Notes: generated from the letters alone by a model not told the origin. A DNA stretch of 64,000 nucleotides from Gemmatimonadota bacterium (GCA_039588295.1 JBDHAB010000018.1:25701-89700); one strand, 5' to 3'. Numbered from the stretch's first letter, positions 10,248 to 19,979 are shown. Made by a program: numbers and translations.

Positions 10248-10276
10248 TTGACGACCACGCTTTGCAGGGCGAGATT
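10248..10276 (+). promoter_or_regulatory. Putative sigma70 promoter for tRNA-Gly
   Basis: TTGACG-N17-GAGATT ending 12 nt before the tRNA. Confidence 0.5.
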
Positions 10277-10288
10277 GACATACCTTTT

Positions 10289-10360
<72 letters not shown>

Positions 10361-10472
10361 CTCGTTTCGGTCGCGAGCCACTCGGGCATTTTCCGGGGCC
10401 CGCATGCGCCGATTCGTCGGAAATCCAGCAGTGGAGAACAACCCTCCGCTACCGCTTCTTCCGGGAGCATTC

Positions 10473-10940
10473 GTGACCGAACAGCCGACCTGTGAGCGGT
10501 GCCAAACAGCGCTCGTCGACGGAGCGCGCTACTGCCACGCATGCGGCGTCGAGGTGACCGCCGCGTTCTCCGGCGAGTATCAGCTCTACGATGTTGGGCG
10601 GTTCTTCACGTACGCCGTCGATATGCTCTGCATCGCCGGTATGGACGGCTACTTCAAGCGGGTCAACCCAGCCTTCGAACGCGTGCTCGGATACACGACG
10701 AAAGAACTGCTGTCGATGCCGTTCGTCGAGTTCATCCATCCGTACGATCGCACCGAAACGGTTGCGGAAGTGGGCAAGCTCACGAGCGGAGCGCCAACGC
10801 TGGCGTTCCGGAACCGGTATCGCTGCAAGGACGGGGCGTACAAGCAGCTCCAATGGACCGCGTTCCCGGAGTCCGGTGCGGGGCTCATCTACGCGATCGC
10901 CCGCGTCATCGAGGGAGCAGACGCCGAACCCACGGCGTAG
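10473..10940 (+). CDS. Zinc-ribbon plus PAS domain protein with no output domain
   Basis: GGGAG RBS then GTG at 10473; CERC-x10-CHAC, then DMLCIAGMDGYFKRVNPAFERVLGY..FIHPYD..NRYRCKDG.Y (PAS fold). Confidence 0.85.
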   Translation: MTEQPTCERCQTALVDGARYCHACGVEVTAAFSGEYQLYDVGRFFTYAVDMLCIAGMDGYFKRVNPAFERVLGYTTKELLSMPFVEFIHPYDRTETVAEVGKLTSGAPTLAFRNRYRCKDGAYKQLQWTAFPESGAGLIYAIARVIEGADAEPTA

Positions 10941-11054
10941 GGCTCCCCAGTCGCCACACCGCCGCGCCACCCCGGCTGGGTTTGCCGAGGCGAGATCGAG
11001 GCATTATCTCTCACCAATCGGGGAACAGTGGAACGCCCGCAAGGGAGAACCGTC

Positions 11055-12680
11055 ATGTGCACGCACCGGATGCTCCTCGCGTCAGTACTCGCTACTCTTG
11101 GACTCGCCGCAACAACCCCCCCGCTCCACGCGCAGGAAGAGTGGGTTACCCCTGAAGATCCGTGCAAGATCAAGGCTGGACACCACCTCGTGAACGGCGC
11201 CATGCAGCATCTGAAACTCGCGGTGGAGGCACGGGATGAGGACCAACGCGAAGATCGATTGCGGCGCGCCCACGAAGTGCTCACACGCGCAATCGTGGAA
11301 AACCGCCAATCGGACAACCCCGGCGCGTGGTACTACCTCGGCCGCTACTTCATGTACAAGCGAGATCCGATCGGAGCGGACTCAGCCTTCCGCAACGCGC
11401 TCGAGCTGGCCCCGGAGTGCGCAGATGATATTCGGTCATACGTGGGGCGCCTTCAGCCAGACGTCCGCTCGGCGGCGCTGCGCAACTGGCAGGAGGGCCG
11501 CCTCGACTCCGCTACAATGCTGTTTCACCTCGCACGGTCGCTCGGACCGGACGACGCCGAAGTGCCGTTCTTCATGGCAATGATGTACACGGCCGAGAAG
11601 CAGTTCGACTCCGCGTCGAAATACGTCGGCGTCGGAGTGGAGCTGGCCGGGGGCGATCCGGCGCTCGAGCAACGGCAGCGTCAGGCGATGCTCGACCTCG
11701 TCCGGGGGCGCGAGGCTGAAGCCTTCGAGGAGCCCGCGGTGGGGCAGTTGATGCAGTCACGCGTGCGAAGGGATTCCCTCGGCAAGGCGATCCGGGAAGA
11801 CTCCGTACGGCTGGCCAAGCTCAATGCCGAGTGGGCGGGGAAGCGGCTCAGACCGAACGTGCGACAGGCCGTCCAGCGCGACTCGACGATGCTGGCGGAT
11901 CGGATCGCGGCCGCACGTGCCGCGCTACCGGCAGCACTCGAGGCGGCTGAGCGGGACAGCGCGGCAGCCACCGCGGCCTTTGCCCCGACGCTCCAGTCGT
12001 ATGAGGGCTTCTTGGAGCAGTACCCCGGCGACGGCGAGACCGCGCTGCGCCTCCTCCGACGATACTCCATGATGGGGCACACGACGTCCATGGACCGCAT
12101 GATCGATCGGCTGGCCGGCCTCGAGGATGTCGACGTCCCCTCCCTGACACAGGCAGGGGCGAGCATCTTCAATGACGGCTTCCCCCAACAAGCAGCCAAG
12201 CTGCTCGGTGTCTCCGCCGACCGGAACCCGCACTTCCAGAGCACACACGCCGCACGCGCACGCGTCTATTACGCGTTGGGAGACGCGGAGCAGCTCACCG
12301 ACGTCGCAAGACGGCTGATCGCGATCGACCCACTCAATCCGCAGAGCGTGCGCATGATGGCGGCGGCGTGGGATCTGGCGGGCAACACCGACTCCGTACG
12401 GAAGTACGTTGCCCTCGCGGACTCCGGAATCGGATGGGGCGTCACGGTCACCCAATTCGCTCCAACGGCCTCAGGAGCACTGGTTAACGGCTCGGTCGCG
12501 AATATGACTCCGCGTCAACTTGGTCCCACAACGCTCCAATTCGAATTCCTCGACGATCAGGGCAACGTACTGGCCACGGTTCCGGCCGATATCCCGGCAC
12601 TGGAGCCTCGGCGTCGCCACGCGCTGTCGGTGCGGACCGACGTCGGGGGCGTGGCCGCCTGGCGGTATCGTCGACCGTAG
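11055..12680 (+). CDS. Exported TPR-repeat protein with C-terminal FxLYD-like domain (paralog 2)
   Basis: GGAGA RBS then ATG 11055; signal peptide ending LHA-Q; N-terminal region aligns by eye with 8277-9674; VNGSVAN..FEFLDDQGNV. Confidence 0.85.
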   Translation: MCTHRMLLASVLATLGLAATTPPLHAQEEWVTPEDPCKIKAGHHLVNGAMQHLKLAVEARDEDQREDRLRRAHEVLTRAIVENRQSDNPGAWYYLGRYFMYKRDPIGADSAFRNALELAPECADDIRSYVGRLQPDVRSAALRNWQEGRLDSATMLFHLARSLGPDDAEVPFFMAMMYTAEKQFDSASKYVGVGVELAGGDPALEQRQRQAMLDLVRGREAEAFEEPAVGQLMQSRVRRDSLGKAIREDSVRLAKLNAEWAGKRLRPNVRQAVQRDSTMLADRIAAARAALPAALEAAERDSAAATAAFAPTLQSYEGFLEQYPGDGETALRLLRRYSMMGHTTSMDRMIDRLAGLEDVDVPSLTQAGASIFNDGFPQQAAKLLGVSADRNPHFQSTHAARARVYYALGDAEQLTDVARRLIAIDPLNPQSVRMMAAAWDLAGNTDSVRKYVALADSGIGWGVTVTQFAPTASGALVNGSVANMTPRQLGPTTLQFEFLDDQGNVLATVPADIPALEPRRRHALSVRTDVGGVAAWRYRRP

Positions 12681-12702
12681 CAGCCCACAGGACCGAACCC
12701 GT

Positions 12703-12733
12703 GCGGCGCGCCGCTGAGCGCGCCGCTTTTTTT
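12703..12733 (+). terminator. Rho-independent terminator
   Basis: GCGGCGCGC-6nt-GCGCGCCGC perfect 9-bp stem followed by T7. Confidence 0.9.
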
Positions 12734-12825
12734 CACGCTCCGCTCGCCGGCGATCCCCGTGTCGCCGATTATCTTTCTTCGTCCGTCGACCGGGCGGACA
12801 TGAGGAGATAACCGGTTCCCAGCCG

Positions 12826-14103
12826 ATGATCCGCGTTCAATCCGTCGCCTCAGGCTCGCTCGCTGCACACCTCGGCATCACGTCAGGGTTCGAGCTGCAC
12901 ACCATCGACGGACGCGAGCTGGAGGACTTTCTGGATTGGGAATTCCTCAGCGCCGACGAACACGTGCGCCTGCGCGGGAGCTCATCCGATGGCGAAGTCA
13001 TTGAGTTCGATGTGGAGCGGCCCGAGAACGTGCCATGGGGAATCGAGCTCGAACCACCCAGAATCCGCCGCTGTGCCAATCGCTGCGACTTCTGTTTTGT
13101 TGATGGGCTGCCTTCGGGACTTCGCGATACCCTGTACATTCGCGACGATGACTATCGGTTGTCGTTCCGGTACGGCAATTTCGCGACGCTCACCAACCTG
13201 AAGTCGAAGGATGTGAACCGGATCCTGGAGTATCGGCTGTCGCCACTGTATGTGTCCGTCCACGCGACCGATCCCGTCCTCCGACGCAGGCTGCTCCGCA
13301 ACCCGCGCGCGCCCGAGATCGTGCCGCAGCTGGCAGGGCTCGCGGCCGGGGGCATCCGGTTTCACACGCAGATCGTACTGCAGCCCGGAGTCAACGACGG
13401 CGCCGTGCTCGAGCGCAGCCTCGAGGATCTCTACGCGCTGGGACCTCCCGTCCTTTCAGTATCGGTCGTGCCAGTGGGTCTTACCGAGTACAGCAAGTAC
13501 GAGTTGGTGCGCGAACCGTACGCGGAAGAGTGCCGTGCCGCCCTGGATCTGGTCGAGCGCTTCGCCACGCGCGCACGGGCTGCGCGGGGATACCACTGGA
13601 TCTATGGCTCGGACGATCTCTATCTCGGCGCAGGCGTGCCGCTACCTCCGGCCCAGCGCTACGACGGTTTCGAGCAAGCGGAGAATGGGGTGGGCAGTGT
13701 ACGGTTTCTGCAGGAACGGATCCGAGAAGCCCACGCGGGCCACCGCACACTGGCGGGCCGGCGGATCGGTGTCGTCACTGGAACGGCGATGGGTCGGGTC
13801 ATGCCGGACGTCCTGCGCACGCTGCAGCACGCCGTAGGCGGGCAGTTCGAACTCGTGATCGTCGAGAACGATCTCTTCGGACCGACGGTCACGTCCGCCG
13901 GGCTGTTACCGGGAAGATCCATCCAACGCGCGCTGGAGCATCGTGAGGCGCTCGATCTGGTGCTCCTTCCAGCCGAGGCGGTCAACGATCGCGGGCTGTT
14001 TCTCGATGACCTGACGGTCGACACCGTGGCACAGTCTGCACCGGCACCGCTTCACCTCTCCTTCGATTTCGCCGACGTGCTCATCGAGGGGGGTCTGCGG
14101 TGA
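12826..14103 (+). CDS. DUF512 family putative radical SAM protein with N-terminal PDZ-like domain
   Basis: CANRCDFCFVD, RDDDYRLSF.YGNF.TLTN, SPLYVSVHATD, VVPVGLT, ENGVG. Confidence 0.9.
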   Translation: MIRVQSVASGSLAAHLGITSGFELHTIDGRELEDFLDWEFLSADEHVRLRGSSSDGEVIEFDVERPENVPWGIELEPPRIRRCANRCDFCFVDGLPSGLRDTLYIRDDDYRLSFRYGNFATLTNLKSKDVNRILEYRLSPLYVSVHATDPVLRRRLLRNPRAPEIVPQLAGLAAGGIRFHTQIVLQPGVNDGAVLERSLEDLYALGPPVLSVSVVPVGLTEYSKYELVREPYAEECRAALDLVERFATRARAARGYHWIYGSDDLYLGAGVPLPPAQRYDGFEQAENGVGSVRFLQERIREAHAGHRTLAGRRIGVVTGTAMGRVMPDVLRTLQHAVGGQFELVIVENDLFGPTVTSAGLLPGRSIQRALEHREALDLVLLPAEAVNDRGLFLDDLTVDTVAQSAPAPLHLSFDFADVLIEGGLR

Positions 14104-15422
14104 GGGGCGCGACCGTAGCGATCGTGGGGCGCCCCAACGTCGGCAAGTCGACGCTGTTCAATCGCATCGTTGGGGGACGCGTAGCCATCGTCGATGACCG
14201 CCCCGGGGTGACCCGCGATCGCAATTTCGCAACCACCGACTGGGCCGGGCGGCACTTCTGGCTGGTCGACACCGGCGGCTGGAGTACCGGGACCGAGGAC
14301 GTGCTGCACAGCGGCATCCGCCGGCAGATCCAGGCGGCCATCGATCAATCGGACGTGATCGTGCTCGTCGTGGATACGGCAGTCGGCGTGCATCCGGGAG
14401 ATCTCGACGTGGCAGCCCTGTTGCGCCCCTGCGCTGCGCGCGTTGTCGTCGCGGCAAATAAGGCGGACGACCTTCCAGACGACACGTCCCATCATGCGTT
14501 TCACGAACTCGGGCTGGGAGACCCACTGCCGGTGTCCGCCGCCATCGGGAAGGGGAGCGGCGATCTGATGGACCGCATTGTGGCCCTGTTGCCCCCGGAA
14601 CAGGACGACACGCCACCCGGCGCCATTCAGGTCGCGGTGATCGGCCGTCCCAATGTCGGGAAGTCCAGCCTCGTGAACCGCCTGCTGGGTGAGGAGCGGG
14701 CGCTGGTCGCTCCGGAGTCCGGCACCACACGAGATGCGGTGGACTCCCCCTTGCGGTACCGCGGAACTACGCTCAACTTCATTGATACAGCGGGGTTACG
14801 GAAGCGATCGAAAGTAGAGGATGAGATCGAGTTCTACTCGACACTACGGACCGAGCGAGCCATTGAACGCGCGGACGTCTGTGTGGTCGTGGTGGACGCT
14901 ACGGAGGGGGTAAGCGTCCAGGACCTGAAGATCGCACAGATGGCATGGCAGCGGGGACGTGGACTGATCGTTGCCGTCACCAAGTGGGATTTGGTGCATG
15001 ACAAGGAAACCACTACTGCGACCCGGGGTGAACGATCGGTTACCGAAGGTGTTCCGTTCCTCAGAGCGGTTCCGTTCCTGTACGTGTCGGCTCGAACGGG
15101 CCAGCGTGCCCGAAAAGTGCTCGACACGATTCTGCAGGTGGCCGCTGAGCGCGAGCGTCGCGTGTCCACCGCCGAAGTGAATCGCGTGTTGCGGGACCTG
15201 GTGCAACGCACGCAGCCGCCGCAAGAAGCCGGAAGGGAGGTCAAACTGCTCTACGCGTCCCAGATTGGGATCACCCCACCGACGATCGCGGTCGTATCCA
15301 ACCGACCCGAGTCGATTCCAGTTTCGTACCAGCGGTACCTGGAGCACGGGTTCCGTGAGGCGTGGGGCTTCGTCGGCTCACCGCTGGTGATCAAGCTCAG
15401 ACTGAAGCGGCCCGGCCGATGA
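14100..15422 (+). CDS. der: Ribosome biogenesis GTPase Der (EngA)
   Basis: Two GRPNVGKS G-domains with DTGG/DTAG and NKAD/TKWD; KH-like C-terminus. Confidence 0.97.
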   Translation: MRGATVAIVGRPNVGKSTLFNRIVGGRVAIVDDRPGVTRDRNFATTDWAGRHFWLVDTGGWSTGTEDVLHSGIRRQIQAAIDQSDVIVLVVDTAVGVHPGDLDVAALLRPCAARVVVAANKADDLPDDTSHHAFHELGLGDPLPVSAAIGKGSGDLMDRIVALLPPEQDDTPPGAIQVAVIGRPNVGKSSLVNRLLGEERALVAPESGTTRDAVDSPLRYRGTTLNFIDTAGLRKRSKVEDEIEFYSTLRTERAIERADVCVVVVDATEGVSVQDLKIAQMAWQRGRGLIVAVTKWDLVHDKETTTATRGERSVTEGVPFLRAVPFLYVSARTGQRARKVLDTILQVAAERERRVSTAEVNRVLRDLVQRTQPPQEAGREVKLLYASQIGITPPTIAVVSNRPESIPVSYQRYLEHGFREAWGFVGSPLVIKLRLKRPGR

Positions 15423-16062
15423 GCCTGGCGCTTTGGCTCGTGCTAGCATACCTGGTAGGGTCCATCCCGACCAGCTACCTGGCGGGTCGGGTGGCCGGTC
15501 TCGACCTCCGGCACCACGGGAGTAAGAATCTCGGTGCCACGAACGTGTACCGGGTGCTAGGGTGGAGATACGCGGTACCGGTCGGGGTGGTAGACGTCGC
15601 CAAGGGCGCGGTGCGGTGGTAGACGTCGCCAAGGGCGCGGTGCCAGTCGCGCTCGCAGCCTCCGGGGCCGCCAGCCGTTGGTGGATACCGCTCCTGATCG
15701 GCTGCGCCGCCGTGCTCGGACACGTGTTCTCGATGTTTCTCCGCTTTCGCGGCGGGAAGGGAGTGGCCACCGCCGCCGGCGTCGTGCTCGCGCTCGCCCC
15801 CGCCGCATTGGGCGTCAGCGCCCTCGTGTGGATTCTCGTGCTGCTGGCAACTGGATTCGTGTCACTGGCCTCGATCCTCGGCGCCGTGACCTTCCCGATC
15901 GCCGTTCACCTTCTGTTGCCGGAGCGTCCGTTCATTCTGTGGGTCGGTGTCGCCCTCGCGGTGTTCATCATCTACACCCACCGAAGCAACATCGGCCGTT
16001 TGCTGTCCGGTACGGAGAACCGCTTCGGTCGCCGCGCCAAGATGGCCGGGAAGGACGCCTAG
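15419..16062 (+). pseudogene. plsY: Glycerol-3-phosphate acyltransferase PlsY, frameshifted in this sequence by a 29-bp tandem duplication
   Basis: YLVGSIP and GSKNLGATN are in one frame; DVAKG, GHVFS, FRGGKGVAT and HRSNIGRL are in another. Removing one repeat copy gives 615 nt (204 aa + stop). May be an assembly artefact. Confidence 0.85.
15586..15643 (+). repeat. Perfect 29-bp tandem duplication
   Basis: GGTGGTAGACGTCGCCAAGGGCGCGGTGC at 15586-15614 and 15615-15643. Confidence 0.97.
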
Positions 16063-16064
16063 CG

Positions 16065-17066
16065 ATGCAGATCGCTGTGATCGGGGCGGGGAGCTGGGGC
16101 ACGACCCTGGCCGACCTCCTGGCGAGAAACGGTCACGAAGTACGTATCTGGGCGTACGAGCCCGAGGTCGTCGAGACGATCAACCGCGATCACGTCAACC
16201 AGATGTTCCTCGCTGACTCGCGGATCGCCGAGAGCGTCCTGGCGGTGCCCCACTTGGCGGAGGCGGTGCGCGGTGCAGAGCTCGTCGTCAGTGCCGCGCC
16301 GTCCCACGCGGTCCGGGACGTGAGCCAAACCATCGCGGGCGCGCTCGACGGTGACCTCCCGCCGACGGTCGTGAGTGTGAGCAAGGGCCTCGAAACGGAC
16401 AGCCTGAAGATCATGACCGAGGTCCTCGGCGAGACCCTTCCCGGCCCATCCCTGGTCGCGCTCTCCGGACCGAGCTTCGCGCAAGAGGTGTTTGCCCGCC
16501 AACCCACGGCGGTTGTGGCAGCCTCGGATAGCCCGGCCGCGGCCGTCACGGCACAGCGAGCGTTTTCTGCGGCGCACTTCCGGGTCTACACGAGTGAGGA
16601 TCTGGTGGGCGTGCAGCTAGGCGGCGCGCTCAAGAACGTGATTGCCATTGCGGCCGGTCTCTTGCACGGGCTCCGGCTGGGGCACAATGCCCTTGCGGCG
16701 CTCATCACGCGCGGGCTTGCGGAAATGAGCAGGCTGGGTGAGACGCTGGGCGCCAAGCCGCTCACGTTCTCCGGCCTGGCAGGAATGGGCGATCTCATTC
16801 TCACTGCCACCGGGGCGTTGTCACGGAACCGCGCCCTCGGAATCGAGCTCGCGGAAGGACGAACGCTCACCGAGATCTTGGCGGGCCGACGCACTGTCGC
16901 GGAGGGCATCAAGACGGCCCGCGCGGCGGTGGCCCTCGAACAGCGCAGCGGTGTCGAGCTGCCAATTGCGTCTGAAGTGGCCAACATCCTGTTCGAGGGC
17001 AAGAACCCGGAGCACGCGGTGCGGGATTTGATGGAACGCGAACTCAAGGCGGAGCATTGGCGATGA
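16065..17066 (+). CDS. gpsA: NAD(P)H-dependent glycerol-3-phosphate dehydrogenase
   Basis: GAGSWGT, SKGLE, SGPSFA, GGALKNVIAIA, GDLILT..SRN. Confidence 0.96.
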   Translation: MQIAVIGAGSWGTTLADLLARNGHEVRIWAYEPEVVETINRDHVNQMFLADSRIAESVLAVPHLAEAVRGAELVVSAAPSHAVRDVSQTIAGALDGDLPPTVVSVSKGLETDSLKIMTEVLGETLPGPSLVALSGPSFAQEVFARQPTAVVAASDSPAAAVTAQRAFSAAHFRVYTSEDLVGVQLGGALKNVIAIAAGLLHGLRLGHNALAALITRGLAEMSRLGETLGAKPLTFSGLAGMGDLILTATGALSRNRALGIELAEGRTLTEILAGRRTVAEGIKTARAAVALEQRSGVELPIASEVANILFEGKNPEHAVRDLMERELKAEHWR

Positions 17067-17443
17067 CGGCTTCGCAACCTGTACAGGAGTTCTTCTCGAT
17101 CGGCGATGTCTGTCAGCTGACCGACCTCAAGCCGCACGTTCTGCGGTACTGGGAAAGTCAGTTCCGGTTCCTCAATCCGGCGAAGAATCGATCGGGAAAT
17201 CGCGTCTACCAGCGACGCGAAATCGAGCTGATCATGCTCGTCAAGCACCTGCTCTACACGGAGAAGTACACCATCGAGGGTGCGCGCCGACGAATCGAGC
17301 AGTACCGGAGGACCGGCTCCCTCAAGACGGAAGCGCGCTTCGCGCTCCAGCAGGAGACGATCGAGAGCCTCCGGGCGGAACTCCGGACCATCCTCGACCT
17401 GCTCGAGGGTAGAGCCACGACCGTTGAACATCCTTCTCAGTAA
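17063..17443 (+). CDS. MerR family transcriptional regulator
   Basis: FSIGDV...KPHVLRYWESQF..P.KNRSGNR.Y; ATGA overlap with gpsA. Confidence 0.9.
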   Translation: MTASQPVQEFFSIGDVCQLTDLKPHVLRYWESQFRFLNPAKNRSGNRVYQRREIELIMLVKHLLYTEKYTIEGARRRIEQYRRTGSLKTEARFALQQETIESLRAELRTILDLLEGRATTVEHPSQ

Positions 17444-18176
17444 CGACGACGGCGTTCTCGCACGGGGGTTGGAGGTGCTCGCCGACGTGTGCCGAATGGT
17501 GGGCAGTGTCACCGTCGTCGCGCCCGACCGGGAGCAGAGCGGGGCCAGTCATTCACTGACGCTCGGCCGGCCGCTGCGTTCCACTCGGCGGCCGGACGGT
17601 TCCATCCAAGTGGATGGAACGCCCACCGACTGTGTCCTTCTGGCGTTGGGCGCGCTGCTCGACCGGAGGCCCGATTTCGTCGTCTCCGGCATCAACCACG
17701 GCCCGAACATGGGAGAAGACGTGCTGTATTCGGGTACGGTCGCGGCCGCCATGGAGGCCCTCTCGTTCGGTATCCCGGGAATCGCTGTCTCGCTGGCAGG
17801 CGACCAAGTGGACCTCCTCGACAGCCATCGGCCCTGGCTCGAGCGCCTCATCAAGGACATCGTGCTCGTGGACGGCTTCCCGAAGGAGACGCTCCTGAAC
17901 GTCAATCTGCCACCGATTCCCGGCGACCGCATCGGCGGCATTCGGGTTACCACGCTCGGGAGGCGGGTCTATTCCGATTCGCTGCTGCAGACCAAGGACC
18001 CGTGGGGGCGAACCGGGTACTGGATCGGCGGCGGGCAAATCTCCTGGTCGGGTCGGGAGGATTCGGATTTCCGGGCCATCCAGGACGGCTTCATCTCCGT
18101 AACACCGCTGCACCTCGACCTCACCAACTACGATTTGCTCGAAGACGTCCGCGGGTGGCAGCTCGGAGCGTCGTGA
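17424..18176 (+). CDS. surE: 5'/3'-nucleotidase SurE
   Basis: ILLSNDDG, EQSGASHSLT, GTPTDCV, SGINHGPN, YSGTVAAA; TTG start inferred. Confidence 0.96.
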   Translation: MNILLSNDDGVLARGLEVLADVCRMVGSVTVVAPDREQSGASHSLTLGRPLRSTRRPDGSIQVDGTPTDCVLLALGALLDRRPDFVVSGINHGPNMGEDVLYSGTVAAAMEALSFGIPGIAVSLAGDQVDLLDSHRPWLERLIKDIVLVDGFPKETLLNVNLPPIPGDRIGGIRVTTLGRRVYSDSLLQTKDPWGRTGYWIGGGQISWSGREDSDFRAIQDGFISVTPLHLDLTNYDLLEDVRGWQLGAS

Positions 18177-18826
18177 CGGACTCCTACGGCGGCTACCGAG
18201 CGCGGCTCGTCGAGGCACTCCGCGAGCAGGGGATTCGCGACATGGCGGTCCTCCGAGCCTTCGGGGAGACGCCACGCCACCTGTTCGTGCCAGAGGCGCT
18301 GCGTCGCCGAGCCTACGACGACGCCGCGCTGCCCATCGGCCACGGCCAGACGATCTCCCAGCCGAGCACGCAGGCCCAGTACCTGGGCGCCCTGGACCTG
18401 CAGGGCCGCGAGCGCGTGCTCGAGGTGGGCACCGGATCCGGTTACCAAGCGGCACTCCTGTCACACCTGGTGCCGCGGGTGGTGTCGGTAGAGTGCGTCC
18501 GCGAGCTGGCGGAGCAGGCGATGGCTGCCTTGGCTGCCGCGGGCGTGCAGAACGTGCTCGTGATCGCCGGTGACGGCTCCCTGGGCTGGCGACCCGAGGC
18601 ACCCTACGATGCTGTGCTTGTCTCGGCAGCAAGCCCCGCTGTGCCCGAACCGTTGCTTCACCAGCTCGCTGAAGGGGGGAAGCTGGTGGTGCCGATTCAG
18701 CGTGGGAGCACCCAGGAACTCGTGCGCGTCGTGAGGCGCGGCGATACCTTCGCCCACGACCACCTGGGCGAGGCGCACTTCGTCCCGCTTCGGGGGAGAC
18801 ACGGATTTCCGCAGGGCGAGGCGTAG
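18173..18826 (+). CDS. pcm: Protein-L-isoaspartate O-methyltransferase
   Basis: PRHLFVP, AYDD.ALPIG.GQTISQP, LEVGTGSGYQ, GDGSLGW..APYD, FVPL; usual position after surE. Confidence 0.95.
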   Translation: MTDSYGGYRARLVEALREQGIRDMAVLRAFGETPRHLFVPEALRRRAYDDAALPIGHGQTISQPSTQAQYLGALDLQGRERVLEVGTGSGYQAALLSHLVPRVVSVECVRELAEQAMAALAAAGVQNVLVIAGDGSLGWRPEAPYDAVLVSAASPAVPEPLLHQLAEGGKLVVPIQRGSTQELVRVVRRGDTFAHDHLGEAHFVPLRGRHGFPQGEA

Positions 18827-18829
18827 GTC

Positions 18830-19498
18830 GTGCTCGAATCAGTCGTCACCTGGCTCACTGAGACGATCCTCCGTCTGGGATACCCCGGAATCATGCTGCT
18901 CATGGCGCTGGAGTCGTCGTTCTTCCCATTTCCCAGCGAGGTGGTGCTGCCGCCGGCGGGTTACCTGGCCGCGCAGGGACGCATGAACGCCTTCGTCGCC
19001 CTGGGTGCCGGGCTGCTTGGAAGTCTGATTGGCGCACTCTTCAACTACTACCTGGCGGTCGCCCTAGGGCGACCGCTGCTTCATCGGTACCACCGCTTTC
19101 TCCTGATCCGTGAAAGCTCGCTCGACCGGGCAGAGGGGTTCTTCCGCCGACACGGCGAGGTCAGCACGTTTGTCGGCAGACTGATTCCGGTCATCCGGCA
19201 GCTGATCTCCTTACCCGCGGGCCTCGCTCGAATGCGTCTCGAGCGGTTTGCCGTCTACACCGCGCTGGGCGCGGGCATCTGGTGCGCCATCCTCACCTTC
19301 ATTGGGTGGTATGTGGGTCGCCATGCCGGGGTCGTAACCGGCATCGATGCCGTGATCTCGAGCCCGGACATCAGACGATACACTTCGCGCGCGGCTCTCG
19401 TGCTCATTCCCGTCATCGCCCTGGTGCTCGGCGTCTATGTCTTCATACACCGACGGCGCCGAGTCCGGTCGGATGCCGAAGGAGGGGCTCACACGTGA
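18830..19498 (+). CDS. DedA family membrane protein
   Basis: LESSFFPFPSEVVLPPAG, GRLIPVIRQLISLPAG. Confidence 0.93.
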   Translation: MLESVVTWLTETILRLGYPGIMLLMALESSFFPFPSEVVLPPAGYLAAQGRMNAFVALGAGLLGSLIGALFNYYLAVALGRPLLHRYHRFLLIRESSLDRAEGFFRRHGEVSTFVGRLIPVIRQLISLPAGLARMRLERFAVYTALGAGIWCAILTFIGWYVGRHAGVVTGIDAVISSPDIRRYTSRAALVLIPVIALVLGVYVFIHRRRRVRSDAEGGAHT

Positions 19499-19779
19499 AC
19501 GCCGCACCGGTTGCTTGGCGGTGGGTGGTCTCCGGCAGGGTGCAGGGCGTTGGGTTTCGCTGGTTCGTCCTTCGGCGCGCACAGGAGTTGGATTTGGTGG
19601 GCTGGGTCAGCAACCTGCCAGATGGGCGGGTCGAGGTTGCGGCCCAAGGGACGCGGACGGCAATTGAGGCACTGGAGGCCGCCATCACGCGCGGCCCGAG
19701 AATAGCCCGTGTGGACCATGTGGAAAAACACGAGATTCCACACGAGATGGCGGATTATAAGTCATTTCATGTAAGATAG
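19495..19779 (+). CDS. acyP: Acylphosphatase
   Basis: VSGRVQGVGFR, GWVSNLPDGRVE; GTGA overlap with dedA. Confidence 0.93.
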   Translation: MNAAPVAWRWVVSGRVQGVGFRWFVLRRAQELDLVGWVSNLPDGRVEVAAQGTRTAIEALEAAITRGPRIARVDHVEKHEIPHEMADYKSFHVR

Positions 19780-19979
19780 TTATAGGTTATGGATGAAGCC
19801 GTGCGCGGCTTGAGCTTGAAGCTGAGATGGCTGCTGGACCCGTCGAAACCGCGCTGCGACTGCACAGCCCGACTGGTTCCGATGTGGCAGCCGTCGCCGG
19901 GTGCCACTTGCGCGCATTTCGGTGGACCGTGCAGGCGGTTGGATCGGCACGGAGACTCCGTTAGTTTATCGAGCCTGTT

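Noticed and set aside
15586..15643. 29-bp direct repeat as a CRISPR array
   Set aside because: Two adjacent copies with no spacer, inside plsY coding sequence, and no cas genes.
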